This document shows positions 1 to 9,081 of a stretch of 64,000 bases of DNA, in pieces (position 1 is the first letter of the stretch; every line of letters begins with the position of its first letter). Made by a program: the position numbers and the translations under genes. The notes under the pieces were generated by a model. That model was not told the origin of the DNA and searched no databases. It worked only from the letters and a program-made list of their open reading frames with translations. Origin of the DNA: an uncultured Chloroflexia bacterium (GTDB lineage: Bacteria > Chloroflexota > Limnocylindria > Limnocylindrales > CSP1-4). Location: contig CAWHHF010000023.1 in NCBI GenBank assembly GCA_963829105.1, positions 125,417 to 189,416 on the forward strand. The letters run 5' to 3'.

Positions 1-937
1 CCGTCGCCGAGGCGATCCCGTTCCGGGCCGAGACCCGCACCAGCGGCGTCCGGACCACGTCGGGCGACATGGTGCCCTGAAGGGCGCGGTCGACGCGATC
101 GGGGCCGAGCTCGACGGCGGCATGCCGGCCGAGATCCTGACCGAGGCGGACCGGATCGCCGACCTGGGGGCCACGCCGCTGGCGCTCAGCGCGGGCGGCC
201 GGGTCCTGGGCCTGATCGAGCTCAAGGACACCGTCAAGGAGGGCCTCGTCGAGCGGTTCGCCGAGTTCCGCAAGATGGGCATCCGCACGGTCATGGTCAC
301 CGGCGACAACCCCCGGACCGCGAAGACGATCGCGGGCGAGGCAGGCGTCGACGACTTCATCGCCCAGGCCAGGCCCGAGGACAAGATCGCGTTCATCCGC
401 CGCGAGCAGGCGGAGGGCCACCTCGTCGCGATGACCGGGGACGGCACGAACGACGCCCCGGCCCTGGCCCAGGCGGACGTCGGCCTGGCGATGAACAGCG
501 GCACGTCGGCGGCCAAGGAGGCGGCCAACATGGTCGACCTGGACTCCGATCCGACCAAGCTGCTCGAGGTCATCGCGATCGGCAAGCAGCTGCTCATCAC
601 CCGCGGCGCGATCACGACCTTCTCGATCGCCAACGACGTCGCCAAGTACTTCGCGATCCTGCCGGCGATGTTCGTGGTCGTCTATCCCGAGCTCAACGCC
701 CTCAACATCATGGGCCTGTCCACACCCCAGAGCGCGATCCTCTCGGCGGTCATCTTCAACGCCCTGATCATCGTCGCCCTCATCCCGCTGGCCCTTCGCG
801 GCGTCGCCTTCCGTGCCGCGCCGGCCAGCGAGCTTCTCCGGCGCAACCTCCTCGTCTACGGCCTCGGTGGGATCATTGCCCCGTTCCTCGGGATCAAGGC
901 GATCGACCTCATCGTCACCGCCCTCCACCTCGCGTAG
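1..937 (+). CDS. kdpB: K+-transporting ATPase subunit B (5'-partial; apparent frameshift at ~72-77)
   Basis: P-type ATPase motifs [24 protein letters not shown], and KdpB-specific [20 protein letters not shown]. Upstream [10 protein letters not shown] lies in a different frame from KGAVDAI. Confidence 0.95.
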   Translation, partial: RRRGDPVPGRDPHQRRPDHVGRHGALKGAVDAIGAELDGGMPAEILTEADRIADLGATPLALSAGGRVLGLIELKDTVKEGLVERFAEFRKMGIRTVMVTGDNPRTAKTIAGEAGVDDFIAQARPEDKIAFIRREQAEGHLVAMTGDGTNDAPALAQADVGLAMNSGTSAAKEAANMVDLDSDPTKLLEVIAIGKQLLITRGAITTFSIANDVAKYFAILPAMFVVVYPELNALNIMGLSTPQSAILSAVIFNALIIVALIPLALRGVAFRAAPASELLRRNLLVYGLGGIIAPFLGIKAIDLIVTALHLA

Positions 938-948
938 GGGACCCTCCG

Positions 949-1545
949 ATGACCACCTTCCTGCGTCGCCAGCTCCGACCGGCGATCACGCTCCTGATCG
1001 TGCTGACGGTGATCACCGGGTTCGCGTATCCGGCCGCGATCCTCGCCGTCGCCCAGGTCGCCTTCCCGTCCCAGGCGAACGGCTCGCTCATCGTGGTCGA
1101 CGGCCGGACGGTGGGTTCCAGCCTGATCGGCCAGGCCTTCGACCAGCCGAAGTACTTCTGGGGCCGGCTGTCTGCGGCGGGCGTCACGAACACCAACCCG
1201 AACGGCTACGACGCCAACGCCTCGAGCTTCTCCAACCTCGGGCCCACCAGCCAGACCCTCATCGACCGGGTCACCAAGCAGGTCGACCAGCTGCGCGCCG
1301 CCAACGGGAACGCGCCGATCCCGGTGGATCTCGTGACCACGTCGGCCTCCGGCCTCGACCCGGACATCAGCCCGGCCGCCGCCGAGTACCAGGTCGCCCG
1401 GGTAGCGGCCGCCCGGGGGATGAGCGTGGACGCCGTCCGACAGGCCGTGGCGCGTCACACGACGCAGCCCTTCCTCGGCTTCATCGGCGAGGCCCGCGTC
1501 AACGTCCTCGCCCTGAACCTCGACCTTGACGGGCTCCTCCGATGA
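949..1545 (+). CDS. kdpC: K+-transporting ATPase subunit C
   Basis: N-terminal TM helix, FPSQANGSL, GSSLIGQ.F, SNLGP, DLVTTSASGLDPDIS, RVNVLALN; follows kdpB. Confidence 0.96.
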   Translation: MTTFLRRQLRPAITLLIVLTVITGFAYPAAILAVAQVAFPSQANGSLIVVDGRTVGSSLIGQAFDQPKYFWGRLSAAGVTNTNPNGYDANASSFSNLGPTSQTLIDRVTKQVDQLRAANGNAPIPVDLVTTSASGLDPDISPAAAEYQVARVAAARGMSVDAVRQAVARHTTQPFLGFIGEARVNVLALNLDLDGLLR

Positions 1546-2708
1546 CCGACCCGGAGCGCGACGCGTTCGACGTCCGCCCCACGGCGGACGAGATGCTGGC
1601 CCGGGTCCGCGACGACTCCGGCACCGTCCCCGGGGCGCGCGGCCGGCTCCGCATCTACCTGGGCATGGCCCCCGGCGTCGGCAAGACGTTCCGGATGCTC
1701 GAGGAGGGGCACCGCCGGGTCGCCCGCGGCACCGATCTCGTGGTCGGATTCGCGGAGGATCACGGGCGGCCGCACACCACCGAGCTGCTGGCCGGGCTGG
1801 AGGTCGTGCCGCGCCGGCGGATCGAGTACAGCGGCGTCGTCGTGGAGGAGATGGACACGGATGCCGTGCTGCGGCGCCATCCGACCGTCGCGCTCGTCGA
1901 CGAGCTCGCCCACACGAACGTCCCCGGCTCGGTGCGCGCCAAGCGCTGGGAGGACGTCGACGTGATCCGCGACGCCGGGATCCACGTCGTCACGACCATG
2001 AACGTCCAGCACCTCGACACCATCGCGGATGCCGTCGCGACGATCACCGGCGCGCCGGTCAACGAGCGCCTGCCCGACGAGGTGCTCGACGCGGCCGACG
2101 AGATCGAGCTCGTGGACATGAGCCCGCACGCCCTGCGGCAGCGCATGCGCCACGGCAACGTCTACCCGCCCGATCGGACGCAGGTCGCGCTCGACCGCTT
2201 CTTCACGGAGTCCAACCTCACGGCGCTCCGCGAGATCTCGCTGCGCCTCGTCGCCCGGCGCGTGGAGGGCCAGCTGGAGGACCGGCTCGTCGGACAGCTC
2301 GTCCCGCTGGTCTCGGAGCAGGTCCTGGTGCTGGTGGATGGCGGGCCGGCCTCCGCCCGCGCGGTCCGCCGCGCCGCCGCGCTCGCGAGCCGGCTCCACG
2401 GTGGCCTGATCGCGGTCGTGGCCGAGACCCCGGACATGGCCGGCGAGCCATTCGACCGGCGGCGGGACCGGCAGGAGGCCCTCGACGACGCGGTGGACCT
2501 CGGCGCGGAGGTCATCCGCGTGGAGACGACCGACGTGGTGGACGCGCTCGAGTACGTGGTCCGCGCCCGGGGTGCCACCCACGTCGTTCTCGCGCACGCG
2601 GAGCAGCCGGCCCTGCGGCGACTCACCCAGCGCCCTCTCGTGGACCGGATCGTCACCCGCATGCCGGACGTCGAGGTGCACGTCGTCGGGCCCGGCAGCC
2701 GCCCCTGA
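1542..2708 (+). CDS. kdpD: Stand-alone KdpD N-terminal sensor domain plus Usp domain (no TM or kinase domain)
   Basis: GRLRIYLGMAPGVGKT, LVDELAHTN, KRWEDV, TTMNVQH, FF..NL.ALRE, then a Usp-like domain. ATGA overlap with kdpC. Confidence 0.9.
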   Translation: MTDPERDAFDVRPTADEMLARVRDDSGTVPGARGRLRIYLGMAPGVGKTFRMLEEGHRRVARGTDLVVGFAEDHGRPHTTELLAGLEVVPRRRIEYSGVVVEEMDTDAVLRRHPTVALVDELAHTNVPGSVRAKRWEDVDVIRDAGIHVVTTMNVQHLDTIADAVATITGAPVNERLPDEVLDAADEIELVDMSPHALRQRMRHGNVYPPDRTQVALDRFFTESNLTALREISLRLVARRVEGQLEDRLVGQLVPLVSEQVLVLVDGGPASARAVRRAAALASRLHGGLIAVVAETPDMAGEPFDRRRDRQEALDDAVDLGAEVIRVETTDVVDALEYVVRARGATHVVLAHAEQPALRRLTQRPLVDRIVTRMPDVEVHVVGPGSRP

Positions 2709-2782
2709 TCGACCCGGCACTCGCCCGGCTCGAGGACCGGTCTTGAACCCGGGCGCCGGCCGGGCCGCCGGCCGGGCCGGGA

Positions 2783-4780
2783 TCAGTCGAACTGGCGGAA
2801 GGGGACGTCCGCGACCAGGATCCCGGGGTGCCCGGTCAGCGCGTCGCGGATCCGGTGCGCGTTCTGGTTGTACAGGAAACGCTCCCACCAGTGGTCGATC
2901 ACGCGCTCAGGCACGAGAACGATCGTCACCGCGTCCGCGTGGCGCGCCGAGGTGACCTCCAGGTACCGGATCAGGGGCTGGATCAGCTCCCGGTACGGGG
3001 ACTCGACGATGACCAGCTCCACGTCCGGGACCTGGCGGTGGAACCGCTCACGCAGCTCCTCGGCCGCGGCGGTGTCGTCGGTGACGTGGACGGCGATGAC
3101 CTCGTCGGACATCGTCAGCCCGAACTTGATCGCCTGGATCACGTCGCGCCGCATGTCCTGCATGGGCACGATGACCCGCTGCCGCCGGGTCGGTCTGCCG
3201 AGGACGGTGTCCTCGCGGACGTGGAGCTCCTGCTCTGCGCCCTGGTACTCGCGGTGGATGAGGAGCATCGCGATCACGAGCAGCGGCACGATGACGATCA
3301 CGACCCATGCCCCGAGCCCGAACTTCGCGATGGCGAACACGACCGCGACGATCCCGGTGGCGACGGCCCCGACACCGTTGATCACCGCGCTCCGCCGCCA
3401 GCCTTCGTCGCGTCCCGTGAGCCAGTGCCGGACCATTCCGGCCTGGGACAGCGTGAACGCCGTGAACACGCCGATCGCATACAGCGGGATCAGGGCCTCG
3501 ACCCGGCCACGGAACGCGACGACAACGACGATCGCGATCGCCGCCAGCGCAACGATCCCCGAGTTGAAGGCGAGGCGCTCGCCACGGAAGGCGAACTGGC
3601 GCGGCATGAACCCGTCACGCGCCAGGATCGAGGCAAGCCGCGGGAAGTCCGCGAAGCTCGTCTGGGCCGCGAGGACGAGGATCCCCATCGTGGAGAAGAT
3701 CAGGACGTAGTAGATCGGTCCGGAGCCGAAGACCGCCTCGCCGATCTGCGACAGCACGGACACGTGTTCGCTCGGGACCGCCCCGCTCACGCCGGCCAGG
3801 TACGAGATCCCCAGGAACACGACCGCGAGGATCGTGGCCATCGCCACCATCGTCGTCTGGGCGTTCTTCCACTCCGGCGGCTTGAACGCAGGCGTGCCGT
3901 TGGAGATCGCCTCGGTCCCGGTCATCGCACTGCAGCCGTCTGCGAACGCCCGCATGAGAAGGAGCAGGCTCATGCTCTCGACCGGCACGGCCAGTGGCGT
4001 GACGCCGGTCACCGTGGGCGGATGGCCCAGCACGGTCCGCCCGATCCCGACGCCGACCAGGAGCAGGACGCTGCCCACGAAGATGTAGGTCGGCAGGGCG
4101 AAGATCGTCCCGCTCTCGCTGATCCCCCGGAGGTTGACCGCCATCACCACGAGGATCGCGCCCACGATCAGGGGAACGGTGACGTCCTGGAGCACCGGGA
4201 ACGCCGAGGCGAGGTTGAACACGCCGCTCGAGACGCTGACCGCGACCGTGAGGACGTAGTCCGTCAGGAGCGCGCCGGCGGCGATCAGACCGGGCAGCAC
4301 GCCGAGATTGGAGTGGGCGACGATGTAACTGCCGCCGCCGCCCGGGTACGCCCTGATCGTCTGACGATACGAGAACGTCACCAGGAACAGCAGCGCGACG
4401 ATGAGGACCGAGATGGGCATGAGGTAGCTGAACGCAATCGTGCCCACGGCAAGCAGCGTGAACATGCTCGCCTCGGTTGCGTAGGCCACGGAGCTCATGA
4501 CATCGCTCGAGAAGACGGCGAGCGCCTTCCACTTCGGCAGCCGCTGTTCCAGCTCCTCGTGGGAGGACAGCACCCTGCCGAACAGGACGCGACGCGCCCC
4601 GAACCCGACGCGCCCGGGCAGCGTCTGGGGCTCGATCGCGGCCGCCTTGGCCACCATCGTCCCTGCCGGCCCGTAGCGGAAATAGCGGGCCTCCGGCCGG
4701 GCCACCACGGCCCGGACGTCGCCCGGTTTGACGCCGCGCTTCAGCGACGGCGTGTCGGGTACCGGGTCTTCCTCGTTCAC
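2783..4780 (-). CDS. APC-family permease, KimA/YdaO-like K+/H+ symporter
   Basis: SSD.MSSVAYATE, SYRQTIRAYPGGGGSY, LLTDYVLTVAVS, GCSAMTGTEAISNG, FADFPRL, LIPLYAIGVF; cytoplasmic C-terminal domain (SPYREL, WW..LYNQ). Confidence 0.85.
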   Translation of the reverse strand: MNEEDPVPDTPSLKRGVKPGDVRAVVARPEARYFRYGPAGTMVAKAAAIEPQTLPGRVGFGARRVLFGRVLSSHEELEQRLPKWKALAVFSSDVMSSVAYATEASMFTLLAVGTIAFSYLMPISVLIVALLFLVTFSYRQTIRAYPGGGGSYIVAHSNLGVLPGLIAAGALLTDYVLTVAVSVSSGVFNLASAFPVLQDVTVPLIVGAILVVMAVNLRGISESGTIFALPTYIFVGSVLLLVGVGIGRTVLGHPPTVTGVTPLAVPVESMSLLLLMRAFADGCSAMTGTEAISNGTPAFKPPEWKNAQTTMVAMATILAVVFLGISYLAGVSGAVPSEHVSVLSQIGEAVFGSGPIYYVLIFSTMGILVLAAQTSFADFPRLASILARDGFMPRQFAFRGERLAFNSGIVALAAIAIVVVVAFRGRVEALIPLYAIGVFTAFTLSQAGMVRHWLTGRDEGWRRSAVINGVGAVATGIVAVVFAIAKFGLGAWVVIVIVPLLVIAMLLIHREYQGAEQELHVREDTVLGRPTRRQRVIVPMQDMRRDVIQAIKFGLTMSDEVIAVHVTDDTAAAEELRERFHRQVPDVELVIVESPYRELIQPLIRYLEVTSARHADAVTIVLVPERVIDHWWERFLYNQNAHRIRDALTGHPGILVADVPFRQFD

Positions 4781-5043
4781 CGGCGACGCACGGCGAACCC
4801 GCGCACCCGCTCCTCGACCGCCTCGAGCGGCACCAGGGCGACACCTTCCGCGACGGCCAGGGCGTCCAGTTCGCCACCGATCGTGTCCGTCGGATCGATG
4901 TTGACGACGTCGACCTCCGGGTAGCGGCCACCCGCGACCAGCGATATGGCGGCCATCACCATGGCGTGCTCGAACGTGGACCGCCGCCCATGACGGTCCC
5001 CGCCCGCGGCTGCGGACGACGCGCGTCTCTCAGCTGCCAACAT
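4777..5043 (-). CDS. Small hypothetical protein (~88 aa) translationally coupled to the KimA-like gene
   Basis: ATG at 5043 after a purine-rich leader; stop overlaps the next GTG (GTGA); globular-looking C-terminal half. Confidence 0.55.
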   Translation of the reverse strand: MLAAERRASSAAAGGDRHGRRSTFEHAMVMAAISLVAGGRYPEVDVVNIDPTDTIGGELDALAVAEGVALVPLEAVEERVRGFAVRRR

Positions 5044-5114
5044 GCCACCACCCTTGCATGCCACCACCGTAGTCGCCGTTCCAAGAGGCGGCGATGGTGT
5101 CGGGGCGGTGCAAG

Positions 5115-5133
5115 GCTCAAGAGGTGCTCAAGA
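5115..5133 (-). promoter_or_regulatory. Candidate OmpR-family (KdpE) binding site: 8-bp direct repeat with 11-bp period
   Basis: GCTCAAGA at 5115-5122 and 5126-5133. TACGGT -10-like hexamer on the minus strand at 5066-5071, upstream of the small ORF and kimA-like gene. Confidence 0.5.
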
Positions 5134-5171
5134 TCGCAGCCGGAGCCACCGGCGCATCGGTGGCCCGAGGG

Positions 5172-5885
5172 TCAGTCGGGAGCCCTGTCCGGCTCTCCGA
5201 TCCGGTAGCCCACGCCGGGCTCCGCCACGATGAGCCCGTTGACCTGCCCGCTGGGGTCCGCGGCCGCGAGCTTCCGGCGGAGCCGCGACACGTAAACGTG
5301 GAGGTAGTGGCTCTCGTCCGAGTAGGCGGTGCCCCACACCGCACGCAGGAGCCGTCCGCGGGTGATCAGCCGGCCCGGGTTCGCGAGCATCACCTTCAGG
5401 AGCTCGTACTCGTGGGGCGTCAGGTCGAGCGCCTCGCCGTGCACCGTCACGCGATGCCGGGCCACGTCGAGCGCCACCGGGCCGTTCGTCACGATCCCGG
5501 TCGGATCCGCGGCGGGCCCCGCCGCCCGGCGGAGAAGGGCGGCGATCCGTGCCCGGAGCTCGCCGACACCGAACGGCTTGGCCACGTAGTCGTCGGCGCC
5601 GGCCTCGAGGGCCCTGATCTTGTCCTCCTCGCGGTCGCGCGCCGACAGCACAAGGATGGGCGTGGTCGCGTCACGGCGGATCCGGGCGATGACGCCCGTC
5701 CCGTCCATGTCGGGCAGGCCGAGATCGAGGATGACGAGGTCCGGGCGTCCGGCCTCCCAGCGTCGCAGCGCGGTGGCCGCATCGCCCGCCTCGACCGCTC
5801 GGTAGCCGTGGGCCGACAGGTTGGCGAGGAGCGCGCGCCGCGTGGATTCGTCATCCTCGACGATCAGGACGACCGGCTCAGCCAT
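5172..5885 (-). CDS. kdpE: OmpR-family response regulator, KdpE-like
   Basis: Receiver (LIVEDD, ILDLGLPDMDG, GADDYVAKPF) plus winged helix (LLRAVWG...HYLHVYVSRLRRKL, EPGVGY). Confidence 0.85.
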   Translation of the reverse strand: MAEPVVLIVEDDESTRRALLANLSAHGYRAVEAGDAATALRRWEAGRPDLVILDLGLPDMDGTGVIARIRRDATTPILVLSARDREEDKIRALEAGADDYVAKPFGVGELRARIAALLRRAAGPAADPTGIVTNGPVALDVARHRVTVHGEALDLTPHEYELLKVMLANPGRLITRGRLLRAVWGTAYSDESHYLHVYVSRLRRKLAAADPSGQVNGLIVAEPGVGYRIGEPDRAPD

Positions 5886-7560
5886 TCGTGGCGTCCCGCG
5901 CCGCAGCCGCGGGGCCGACGCGGGGCTCCGGCCCGGGGCGCACGGCCGCCCGGAGGATCATCCTGACCGCGAGGCCGCCGAGCTCCGAGGAGGCCAGCTC
6001 CACCGTCCCGCCCATGGCCTCGACAAAGCCCCGCACGATCGTCATGCCGACGCCGAGGCCGTGCCGGGCGGGCTCACCGTCGGACGGCACGCGGTGGAAC
6101 CGCTCGAACACGAGCGGCAGCTCGTCCGCCGGGACGCCCGGGCCACCGTCCTCCACGATGAGCTCGATGCCCTGGCCCGGCGACCCGCCCACCCCGCCCC
6201 CGTCGATCGGTCCAAGCGCGGCTCGGGCGCTGATCCTGATCGGGGCCGGGGGCGGCGCATACCGGGCCGCGTTGTCGAGGACGTTGCCCAGTGCGGCGTC
6301 GAACATGACGGCATCCACCAGGACGAGCGGGAGGTGATCCGCGAGCGCAACCTCGACGTGCCGTCCCGCGACCAGCGCGACGCGCGCGAGGGACCCGTCC
6401 ACGAGCTCGCCGAGCTCGAACAGCTCCAGGTTCGGTCGCAGGGCACCCGCCTGGACGCGGCTGACGTCCAGCAGGCTGCGCACGAGCTCGCCGAGCCGCG
6501 CCGCCTCCTGGTCCACCGCCCGGGCCAGCTCCCGGCGCTCGGCCGGACCCGGCTCGGCGGCGGGGTCCATGAGGATGCCCGCGAGCGCGCGGATGCTGGC
6601 GAGCGGCGTCCGCAGGTCATGGGACACCGAGTCCAGCAGCGCCCCCTTGAGCCTGTCGCCCTCACGGTCGACCTCCGCCTGGATCACCTCGTCCCGCAGC
6701 TGCTCCCGCACCAGCGCCAGGCCCAGCTGGTCCGCGGCCGTGGCGAGGATGCGGCGGGCCCCCCGGCCGGGTCGCGGATCCTCGAGGTTGCGCGTCGCCC
6801 AGATCGACCCGGACTCCCCGGCGTCGGTCTCGATCCGGACGCGGTACAGGACGATCCCGGCGTCTTCCTCGCTCGGGGGACGTGCGACCGGCGTCGTCGT
6901 GCTGACACGCATCCACTCCGCCGCCTCGTCGCCTGGCCGGCGGAGCAGGACCCACGGCTCCGGGAGCGGCTCCGGGAGCGGCTCCGGCAGGAGTCCGCCG
7001 GCGTCCGCGAGCAGCAGCACGTCCTGCTCGCCGGCGTCACCGAGCGTGATCCAGACACGCGCCATCTCCGTGTCGCGCCGGAGACGCTCGACGATCTCGC
7101 GGGCGGCCTGCTCGATCGACAGCGCGGTGGCGATCTCGCGGCTGATTGCCGTCAGCGCAAGGGCTTCGCCGAGCCGCCTGTCCGCCGTCTCGGCGCGCTC
7201 GCGGAGGACTGCCGCAAGGCGGCCGATCACGACGGCGACCGCCAGGAACAGCAGGAGGCTGAGCCATTCCTGGGGGTCGGCCACGACCAGCGTCAGGCGC
7301 GGCTCGGTCAGCAGGAAGTCGTAGACAAGGACCGCAACGATCGACACGGCCACCCCGGGCCACGCCCCGTACAGGCCCGCGATCAGGACGACGGCGAGCA
7401 GGTAGACAGCTGACGCATCGGAGACCCCGAGGAGGTCTTCCAGGACGACCGCGGCAAGCGTGGCGAGCACGAGCGAGACGACGGCGATCGCAACCGGGAG
7501 GAGCACGGTGACGGCGGCACCGCCTCGATGCCTCGTCACCTGGACCCGCTGCCATGCCAT
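5878..7560 (-). CDS. Sensor histidine kinase, KdpD C-terminal type (DUF4118 TM + GAF + HisKA + HATPase)
   Basis: Four TM helices (YLLAV, YDFLLTEPRLT), H-box LLDSVSHDLRTPLASI, NVLDNAARY, DGGPGV, GLGVGM. Start uncertain. Confidence 0.85.
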   Translation of the reverse strand: MAWQRVQVTRHRGGAAVTVLLPVAIAVVSLVLATLAAVVLEDLLGVSDASAVYLLAVVLIAGLYGAWPGVAVSIVAVLVYDFLLTEPRLTLVVADPQEWLSLLLFLAVAVVIGRLAAVLRERAETADRRLGEALALTAISREIATALSIEQAAREIVERLRRDTEMARVWITLGDAGEQDVLLLADAGGLLPEPLPEPLPEPWVLLRRPGDEAAEWMRVSTTTPVARPPSEEDAGIVLYRVRIETDAGESGSIWATRNLEDPRPGRGARRILATAADQLGLALVREQLRDEVIQAEVDREGDRLKGALLDSVSHDLRTPLASIRALAGILMDPAAEPGPAERRELARAVDQEAARLGELVRSLLDVSRVQAGALRPNLELFELGELVDGSLARVALVAGRHVEVALADHLPLVLVDAVMFDAALGNVLDNAARYAPPPAPIRISARAALGPIDGGGVGGSPGQGIELIVEDGGPGVPADELPLVFERFHRVPSDGEPARHGLGVGMTIVRGFVEAMGGTVELASSELGGLAVRMILRAAVRPGPEPRVGPAAAARDATNG

Positions 7561-7657
7561 CGTCCGATGCTACGCCTGCTCCGGACGCCGCGGCGGCGAC
7601 GCGCGGCGACGCGCGGCGGCGCGCGGGGCGTCCTGCGATGCGGATAGACTCGCATCC

Positions 7658-8581
7658 GTGAGTGGCCGGCATGACTCCCTTCGCGCGGCCCTGGGCCGGA
7701 TCGGTGTCTGGAGCTTCGGCCTGCAGGCGAACCGCGCCGCCGACGCGCAGGCGGGCATCGCGGCCTACGAGGGCCTCGGCTACGGCACGACCTGGTTCCC
7801 CGAGAGCATCGGGAGCAAGGAGGCGCTGTCACACGCGGCGCTGCTCCTCGCGGGAGGGTCGCGGATGGCCGTCGCCACCGGGATCGCGAGCATCTACGCC
7901 CGCGACGCGGCGGCCATGATCGGCGGCGCCAGGACGCTCGGGGAGGCCTACCCCGGCCGGTTCGTGCTCGGCATCGGCGTCAGCCACGCCCCGTCGGTCG
8001 CGCTCCGCGGCGGCACGTACGGGCGCCCGATCGAGGCCATGACGGCCTATCTCGACGCGATGGACGCGGCCGCCTGGAACGGGCCCGCCCTCCCCGACCG
8101 GCCGCCGGTCCTGCTCGCCGCGCTGGGACCGCGGATGCTGGAGCTCGCCGCGGAGCGGGCGGACGGCGCCCACCCCTACTTCGTGCCCGTCGAGCACACC
8201 CGCATCGCGCGCGAGCGGCTGGGCCGGGATCCCGTGCTCGCCGTGGAGGTCACGGCGGTCCTCGATGCGGATCCGGGCCGTGCCCGGGAGACCGCCCGAG
8301 CGTTCGCCGCACGGTATCTCGCGGCGGTGAACTACGCCAACAACCTGCGTCGCCTCGGCTGGTCGGACGAGGACATCGCGGGCGGCGGCAGCGACCGGCT
8401 GCTCGACGCCGTGGTGGTCCAGGGCGACGCCGGGGCGGTGGCAGACCGGGTCCGTGCGCACCTGGACGCAGGAGCCGACCACGTGTGCCTCCAGGTCCGC
8501 TCGAAGGACCCGGCGGACCTGTGCCTGGAAGCATACGCGGAGCTACGGGACGCGCTGGGCGAGGAACTCCCGGGCCGGTGA
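7658..8581 (+). CDS. LLM-class F420-dependent oxidoreductase (TIGR03620-like)
   Basis: LGRIGVW, VATGIASIYARD, GRFVLGIGVSH, LAALGPRMLELA, GAHPYFVPVEHT, AGADHVCLQ. GTG start inferred. Confidence 0.85.
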   Translation: MSGRHDSLRAALGRIGVWSFGLQANRAADAQAGIAAYEGLGYGTTWFPESIGSKEALSHAALLLAGGSRMAVATGIASIYARDAAAMIGGARTLGEAYPGRFVLGIGVSHAPSVALRGGTYGRPIEAMTAYLDAMDAAAWNGPALPDRPPVLLAALGPRMLELAAERADGAHPYFVPVEHTRIARERLGRDPVLAVEVTAVLDADPGRARETARAFAARYLAAVNYANNLRRLGWSDEDIAGGGSDRLLDAVVVQGDAGAVADRVRAHLDAGADHVCLQVRSKDPADLCLEAYAELRDALGEELPGR

Positions 8582-8640
8582 CTCCCCCGGGGCGGGAGGC
8601 AGCACGGGGACGCGGCCTCCGGGGCCTCGCCGGACCTGGG

Positions 8641-8970
8641 TCAAAGGGAGGGGGCGGCCGAGACCCGTCCGTCCGCGCCCTCGACCAGCTGCGGCTCGCC
8701 GCGCTCGGCCCGCAGGCGGTTCGCGTACTCGAGGCTCCCCTTGGCGCCGGGAGCGACGTCCGTGCGCGAGGGCACGACCCGGTTGTTGTAGTCGCGATGC
8801 GCGACCGGCCCAAGGACGCAGCGGCCGTCCTCGAGCGCGTTCACGATCGCCTTGCTGAGCGCGCCCTCGGCCTGCCATCCCTCCCCGTTGTCGATCAGGT
8901 TCTGGAGGAACGCCACCGGGTAGTGGCTCAGCCCATCGCGCTCGGCTTCGAGCTCCGGATCGAACGTCAT
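8641..8970 (-). CDS. Hypothetical protein (109 aa)
   Basis: GAGAGG RBS before ATG; complex, non-shadow amino-acid composition. Confidence 0.7.
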   Translation of the reverse strand: MTFDPELEAERDGLSHYPVAFLQNLIDNGEGWQAEGALSKAIVNALEDGRCVLGPVAHRDYNNRVVPSRTDVAPGAKGSLEYANRLRAERGEPQLVEGADGRVSAAPSL

Positions 8971-9081
8971 GAGGACCTCTCGTCTTGGCATCGGGCTCCT
9001 GCCGCGGCGTGGGCGGCTCGACCGCGCCGATTGTAGAACGGGCCGGGCGATGGCCCGCCGGTCCGGGGTAACCTCGTCGGC

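Noticed and set aside
78-80. Selenocysteine or stop read-through in kdpB
   Set aside because: Homology continues in a different frame, so this is an indel rather than recoding.
5044-5171. c-di-AMP (ydaO) riboswitch upstream of the kimA-like gene
   Set aside because: Region is short and I could not find the conserved riboswitch sequence blocks.
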